IMG/VR virus record: IMGVR_UViG_3300032278_000001
Length of the DNA stretch: 20,000 bases
Reading direction: 5' to 3' (one strand)
DNA from: an uncultured virus (IMG/VR IMGVR_UViG_3300032278_000001)
Lineage: Duplodnaviria > Heunggongvirae > Uroviricota > Caudoviricetes
Part shown: piece after piece, positions 16,027 to 20,000 of the stretch
How the letters are laid out: every line of letters starts with the position of its first letter
How positions within the stretch are numbered: position 1 is the first letter of the stretch
The notes under the pieces: model-generated
Database searches by the model: none
What the model was told of the DNA's origin: nothing
What the model saw: only the letters and a program-made list of their open reading frames with translations
Program-made: the position numbers and the translations under genes

Positions 16027-16728
16027 TTAATTATTTTTTTCTGCATATTGTGATCCTCTAATGTACTGATTTACAGCATCAATATCTCCAGCAATGATTG
16101 CTACAGCTTCATCAATAATAATTTCTGCTATATCATCTTTAAATTCACATTCTATATCTGCTAATGTAGCAACTTGTGTATATGGATCTATACATCCTAA
16201 TATTTCAATATTTACTGGTTTTCTATAAAATGTTAATACAGGATCTACAATATCAAAATCTCTTCTATATATCTTTATATTATTTGCATGTAATGTGCAA
16301 AATGTTTCACCCCATTCAAAGTCCGGTCTTTTTAGAGGATCTCTCATTATAAGATCTATATTAGCTTCCTCTGCTAAATAAACTGTCATTGATCTTGGAT
16401 CTTCACAACATTCATTAGTTGCATCTGTACTTACTCTCTTATATTCCAAATAGTTAGATGGAAAATTTGTTCCTTTAAAATATTCACTATTTGAAGGACC
16501 AATAAGTATTTGATTAGTAAGTAAAGGTTGAAGGTCATCTATTCTACGCTTAGATGCCTCATCTCCTTCCTTATACATATTATTACCATGAAGTTGTCTC
16601 CTACACCACTCAATTTGTGCTTTATTAAAAGATTCAACAATTTGCCAGCATTCTATATTATCATAATCATTGCTAGCTAATTTGTTTAACCTTTGCGTAA
16701 ACTTTATTTGTAGTGTAGCATTATTCAT
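16027..16728 (-). CDS. crAss-like tail ring protein (R3/R4-like)
   Basis: 233 aa with LNKLASN...FNKAQ...E-x-S-x-RRIDDL-x-x-L and LTFYRKP...CEF...EIIIDEAV patterns, as I recall for ring proteins just downstream of the crAss MCP. Confidence 0.65.
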   Translation of the reverse strand: MNNATLQIKFTQRLNKLASNDYDNIECWQIVESFNKAQIEWCRRQLHGNNMYKEGDEASKRRIDDLQPLLTNQILIGPSNSEYFKGTNFPSNYLEYKRVSTDATNECCEDPRSMTVYLAEEANIDLIMRDPLKRPDFEWGETFCTLHANNIKIYRRDFDIVDPVLTFYRKPVNIEILGCIDPYTQVATLADIECEFKDDIAEIIIDEAVAIIAGDIDAVNQYIRGSQYAEKNN

Positions 16729-16731
16729 TGT

Positions 16732-17748
16732 CTAATTCCAAATAGGTTCAATTTCAGTCATATATCTTGTTAATATATCATCATTTTTAGGATCCTTTAG
16801 GAAGTCAAGAACCTCAAGAGGTCTCTTTCCTAATTGCTCACCAGAATATTTATCAACAATAAATCCATCAGATTTAGTTTTCATTAGGTCATTAGTTAAA
16901 CAATCTTTAATTAATGCTCTAATTTTTAAATCTTCCATTGATGAACCAGATATTTTTATAAACTCTTCTGCAGCTCTCTTTTTTGATTTATCATGGCGTT
17001 CCCCATTAATAAATGCATCCATTTCTTCATATAATACATCAATAGGAGTACTGTGAAGATATTCAGTACTATTACTATGAATAACTTTAGTTACATATAA
17101 TAATTTTGTTGTATCAGTATCAAATAAGTTCTGCAATGATGCAAGAGCTCTATTTCTTATTTTAGATAATTTTGTTCTTGTACCTGTTGTTTCTCTAACT
17201 CTATCTAAATAAAATCTACTGCCTGATGACTTTGCATCTTCAAGACTTTTAGCAACTATTGAAAACCCTCCTGCTTCAACAGCATATAATTTAATTAAAT
17301 CAAAAGGATCTTTTACTGGATCTAAATAAAGAGGATCATTACTACATTTAAGTAATATTTTATCCCAGAATTTGTTATTGTTTGGTTGTAATACTTGAAC
17401 CTTTGACCAAAAGTCTTTATCTTCTGGATCAATTACATTTGCAGCTAATTCTTTTTCAAGTTCACAAACCACTTCTCTAATTTCTTTTATTTTTGCTTTT
17501 TTCTTTTCAGGAGATAATTTTTTTACTTCAGGTGCAAATTCATTTAAACCTGTTACATATCTTGTTACACCGTTTCTCTCTAAACATGTTAAAGCTTCAT
17601 GGTGCCATACTCCTTCAAATAGTGTCATTTTATATTTTTCTAAGCCCATATTATCTTTTTGTGCATCAAAAAATGGACGTATAGCAATGGCATGACTTTT
17701 ACCCTGCTGATATTTCTCTACAATTGTTACTGAATCATTTTTACTCAT
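16732..17748 (-). CDS. Conserved crAss-like protein encoded directly after the MCP, function unknown
   Basis: 338-aa charged ORF with YVTGLNEFAPE, FW-x-K, LDP-x-x-DP-x-DLIK and C-terminal LG-x5-V-x-x-FLKDPKN motifs; assignment rests mainly on synteny. Confidence 0.55.
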   Translation of the reverse strand: MSKNDSVTIVEKYQQGKSHAIAIRPFFDAQKDNMGLEKYKMTLFEGVWHHEALTCLERNGVTRYVTGLNEFAPEVKKLSPEKKKAKIKEIREVVCELEKELAANVIDPEDKDFWSKVQVLQPNNNKFWDKILLKCSNDPLYLDPVKDPFDLIKLYAVEAGGFSIVAKSLEDAKSSGSRFYLDRVRETTGTRTKLSKIRNRALASLQNLFDTDTTKLLYVTKVIHSNSTEYLHSTPIDVLYEEMDAFINGERHDKSKKRAAEEFIKISGSSMEDLKIRALIKDCLTNDLMKTKSDGFIVDKYSGEQLGKRPLEVLDFLKDPKNDDILTRYMTEIEPIWN

Positions 17749-17783
17749 AATTTCTACCGGTTTTTTTAATTATTAATTGGTTT

Positions 17784-17818
17784 AAAAGAAATAGGGAGGA
17801 GCACTAGGCTCCCCCTTC
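17784..17818 (-). terminator. Rho-independent terminator after the major capsid gene
   Basis: AGGGGGAGC-CTAGT-GCTCCTCCCT stem-loop (one bulge) followed by ATTTCTTTT, starting about 20 nt after the MCP stop. Confidence 0.7.
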
Positions 17819-17838
17819 TTTCATATTGTTAACTAAAA

Positions 17839-19476
17839 TTAGAATGATCCTCCTGTTACAGGATTCTTCATTACAATTTTAAGGACTTTAGTTGGATCCT
17901 TAACCCATATAGCAGGCATTGTTTGTGTCATCATTACACGGTAACCATTAAAGTGTCCTGATGATGCAAAGCCTTGAGTTCTTCCCATGTAATCCATAGT
18001 TCCATTTTGATAGAACCATTTCAATGCATTATCCCAAGAAAGTTTCAATAAGTGGATGTTATCACTTCCTTCATCAGTTACATCAAAAATGATGAAACTA
18101 TAAGAAGATAAAGGTCTACCATCTACTAATGGATTCTCAATGTCATTAGTATGTAAGTTATCAAACGCTGGGTTTAATACAAACTTAACATTAGCTAAGA
18201 AAGGAATAATGTAACTAGTATAAGCAAATCCAAATCCTAGATCCATCCCTTTTCCAGTGATAGCTCCAATTTGATCAAGATTTGTAGTATTACCAGTACC
18301 AACAGCAGCACCATTAGCTTCAGCATTGATAGCTGCATTTACTAATTGCATACCTCCAATACCAGTTTGAACTACTAATTGACGTTTTGGATCTGGTCCA
18401 TCAAATTCAACTTTACCAGCATAGAAGTTATATAATTCATTTTTGAACATATCCAAGCTAAATGCTGACTTGTTATATACTCTTTTAAATGAGTTATCTA
18501 ATTGTTTCCATAAACCTACTGATAATCTTAAATCATCCGGCCCGTCTTGTTTAATTCTACCTCCATTACCCCACATTAAGTAAGTCTCAATGTCATTAGC
18601 AATTTTAGATAAGTGTGCAGCTTCCATTCCAGTTAAGAAAGTTCTAGAAAGTGAACCATTATCAAATGCTTTTTTAACATAGTCTTTACCCATTACTGAT
18701 GCAATGTCTTCAATAGAAGATAAAGAAGGATCTAAGTTTTGATCAAAGTTCCTCCAAATCTCTGTTACAGGTACAGTACCATCAGCATTCATTCCACCTT
18801 TAAGCATTAAATCTGCTCTAGAAGAAATTGAATAATGAACATGTGCTTCAGCACCTCCAACAAAGTTATAGAATTCTCTAAATCCTGTTCCTACTTGAAT
18901 ATCAGAGAATCTTTCTCCGTATTCACCTCTTGCAGAACCTTTTCTAAAGAATTTAGTACCTACTTTTAAATACCTATCAGCATCTAATACAACAGCGCTA
19001 TTATTATTGACAAGTTCACAGGTATAAATCCATCCATCACCTGACTGAATAATATCATCAGCCGTAACGTATAATTCTAGACCATTGTACTTATCATATG
19101 TGATGATATCTCCATGACCAAACTCTCTTGTGGATAATTTGATCTTAAAAGGTACACCATCAGCACCTAAATCTCTACTACCACCTTCACATATAACATC
19201 ACCTACAATCTGAGGTAATTCATGTGATATAGGCGTTTGCCATTTGTACTCCCCACGAGCATTGTCCACCATAATTGTATTCTTACCACCAAAAGATGCC
19301 ATTTGATATAAAGGCATTTCTACCTTTTGCGTCATTGCCCACAGATCCACTGGACCCAAGTCCATTGGTTCTGCATTACCAAGCATATTAGTTAAGTGAT
19401 AAGAGTCAATATGAGAACTAGCTTTATAATTTGTGTCTCTGAGGAAGAGACCATTGTTTAAAACTTGTGTTGCCAT
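17839..19476 (-). CDS. Major capsid protein (crAss-like, HK97 fold)
   Basis: 545 aa with EYKWQ early, GEYGERFS, IETYLMWG-x-G, GLWKQL, QTG-x-GG, F-x-LNPAFD, and C-terminal F-x-GY...IWVKDPTK. It is followed by a terminator and heads the structural gene block. Confidence 0.85.
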   Translation of the reverse strand: MATQVLNNGLFLRDTNYKASSHIDSYHLTNMLGNAEPMDLGPVDLWAMTQKVEMPLYQMASFGGKNTIMVDNARGEYKWQTPISHELPQIVGDVICEGGSRDLGADGVPFKIKLSTREFGHGDIITYDKYNGLELYVTADDIIQSGDGWIYTCELVNNNSAVVLDADRYLKVGTKFFRKGSARGEYGERFSDIQVGTGFREFYNFVGGAEAHVHYSISSRADLMLKGGMNADGTVPVTEIWRNFDQNLDPSLSSIEDIASVMGKDYVKKAFDNGSLSRTFLTGMEAAHLSKIANDIETYLMWGNGGRIKQDGPDDLRLSVGLWKQLDNSFKRVYNKSAFSLDMFKNELYNFYAGKVEFDGPDPKRQLVVQTGIGGMQLVNAAINAEANGAAVGTGNTTNLDQIGAITGKGMDLGFGFAYTSYIIPFLANVKFVLNPAFDNLHTNDIENPLVDGRPLSSYSFIIFDVTDEGSDNIHLLKLSWDNALKWFYQNGTMDYMGRTQGFASSGHFNGYRVMMTQTMPAIWVKDPTKVLKIVMKNPVTGGSF

Positions 19477-19515
19477 AATTTTCTACTTTTTTTTAATTAA
19501 TAATTATTGTTGTTG

Positions 19516-20000
19516 TTAAAATCTTTTAAATATATTATTACTTCTTGGAAGTGTTTTCTTCTTAGTTCTTCTTCCAGAGCTCTCATTATTAGTAGTATTA
19601 GTAGAAGCATTCTTGTTAGCTTGAGCTGTCTTTAACTTTCTAACTGTTTGTTCTACTGCAGCATTTGTTCCTTTTGACATAATCTGAGATTTATAACCTT
19701 CAGGGTCAGCAAGTAACCATAATGCTTCTGATACTAGAGTATAATTTGGTTCAACAAATTGATACTTCTCTAATAAGTGTCCTAATAAATTTGTATTTTG
19801 GCCTGATATAGACGGGTAATTTGGACTAACTAATCCGTTATATAACATAGATTGAGTTTTTTTATTAACTTTCATTTCTCCTAATTTACCTTCTTTTAAT
19901 GTCTCATATACATTAGCCATATAATTTTCTGATGCCTTTTGTTGTTGTGCTTGTTTCATTTGTTGTTCTTGTAACTTTCTACCAACAACAGCTTCAGACA
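19516..20000 (-). CDS. 3' end of putative scaffolding / capsid-assembly protein; start lies beyond the window
   Basis: The frame stays open past the track's ATG at 19959 to the window end (...SEAVVGRKLQEQQMKQAQQQ...). It has a Gln-rich coiled coil and a basic C-terminal tail, and lies directly upstream of the MCP. Confidence 0.55.
   Translation of the reverse strand, partial: SEAVVGRKLQEQQMKQAQQQKASENYMANVYETLKEGKLGEMKVNKKTQSMLYNGLVSPNYPSISGQNTNLLGHLLEKYQFVEPNYTLVSEALWLLADPEGYKSQIMSKGTNAAVEQTVRKLKTAQANKNASTNTTNNESSGRRTKKKTLPRSNNIFKRF

Noticed and set aside
1940..17684. Plus-strand ORFs in the track (1940, 3473, 5099, 5496, 5741, 10061, 11298, 13123, 13757, 17493) and the minus-strand out-of-frame ORF 10888-11076
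   Set aside because: All overlap longer, motif-bearing minus-strand genes and have compositions typical of antisense or alternate-frame shadows.
1..20000. Alternative genetic code (TAG=Gln or TGA=Trp) as in some crAss-like phages
   Set aside because: Genes, including a 7-kb ORF, are full length and tightly packed under the standard code, with no fragmentation.

Overview
AT-rich, densely coding window with every credible gene on the minus strand. Gene order and motifs match the virion (structural) module of a crAss-like phage (Crassvirales), probably infecting an environmental Bacteroidota/Flavobacteriia host. The order is partial scaffold-like gene > major capsid protein > conserved protein > ring protein > auxiliary capsid protein > tail-hub-like protein > [accessory block] > IHF/HU-like > two ring (tail tube) proteins > partial muzzle/tail-stabilisation protein. 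These family names come from remembered synteny and motifs, not from a database search. The accessory block holds an unannotated 38-aa Cys/His microprotein and a 2361-aa mosaic adhesin-like protein (VWA-like, SprB-type, VWA, about 9 GCxD knots, 3 copies of an unrecognised domain, two capped Flavobacterial-type LRR domains). It also holds two Cys-rich fibre-like genes and a metallophosphoesterase with its own host-type promoter. The most notable signals are a nested architecture in the giant protein (domains inserted inside small Cys-knot repeats), a four-copy intergenic promoter-like motif TTGTA(T/A)ATTAT, a structured leader carrying an SD-like site, and a possible 3'-UTR antisense seed.
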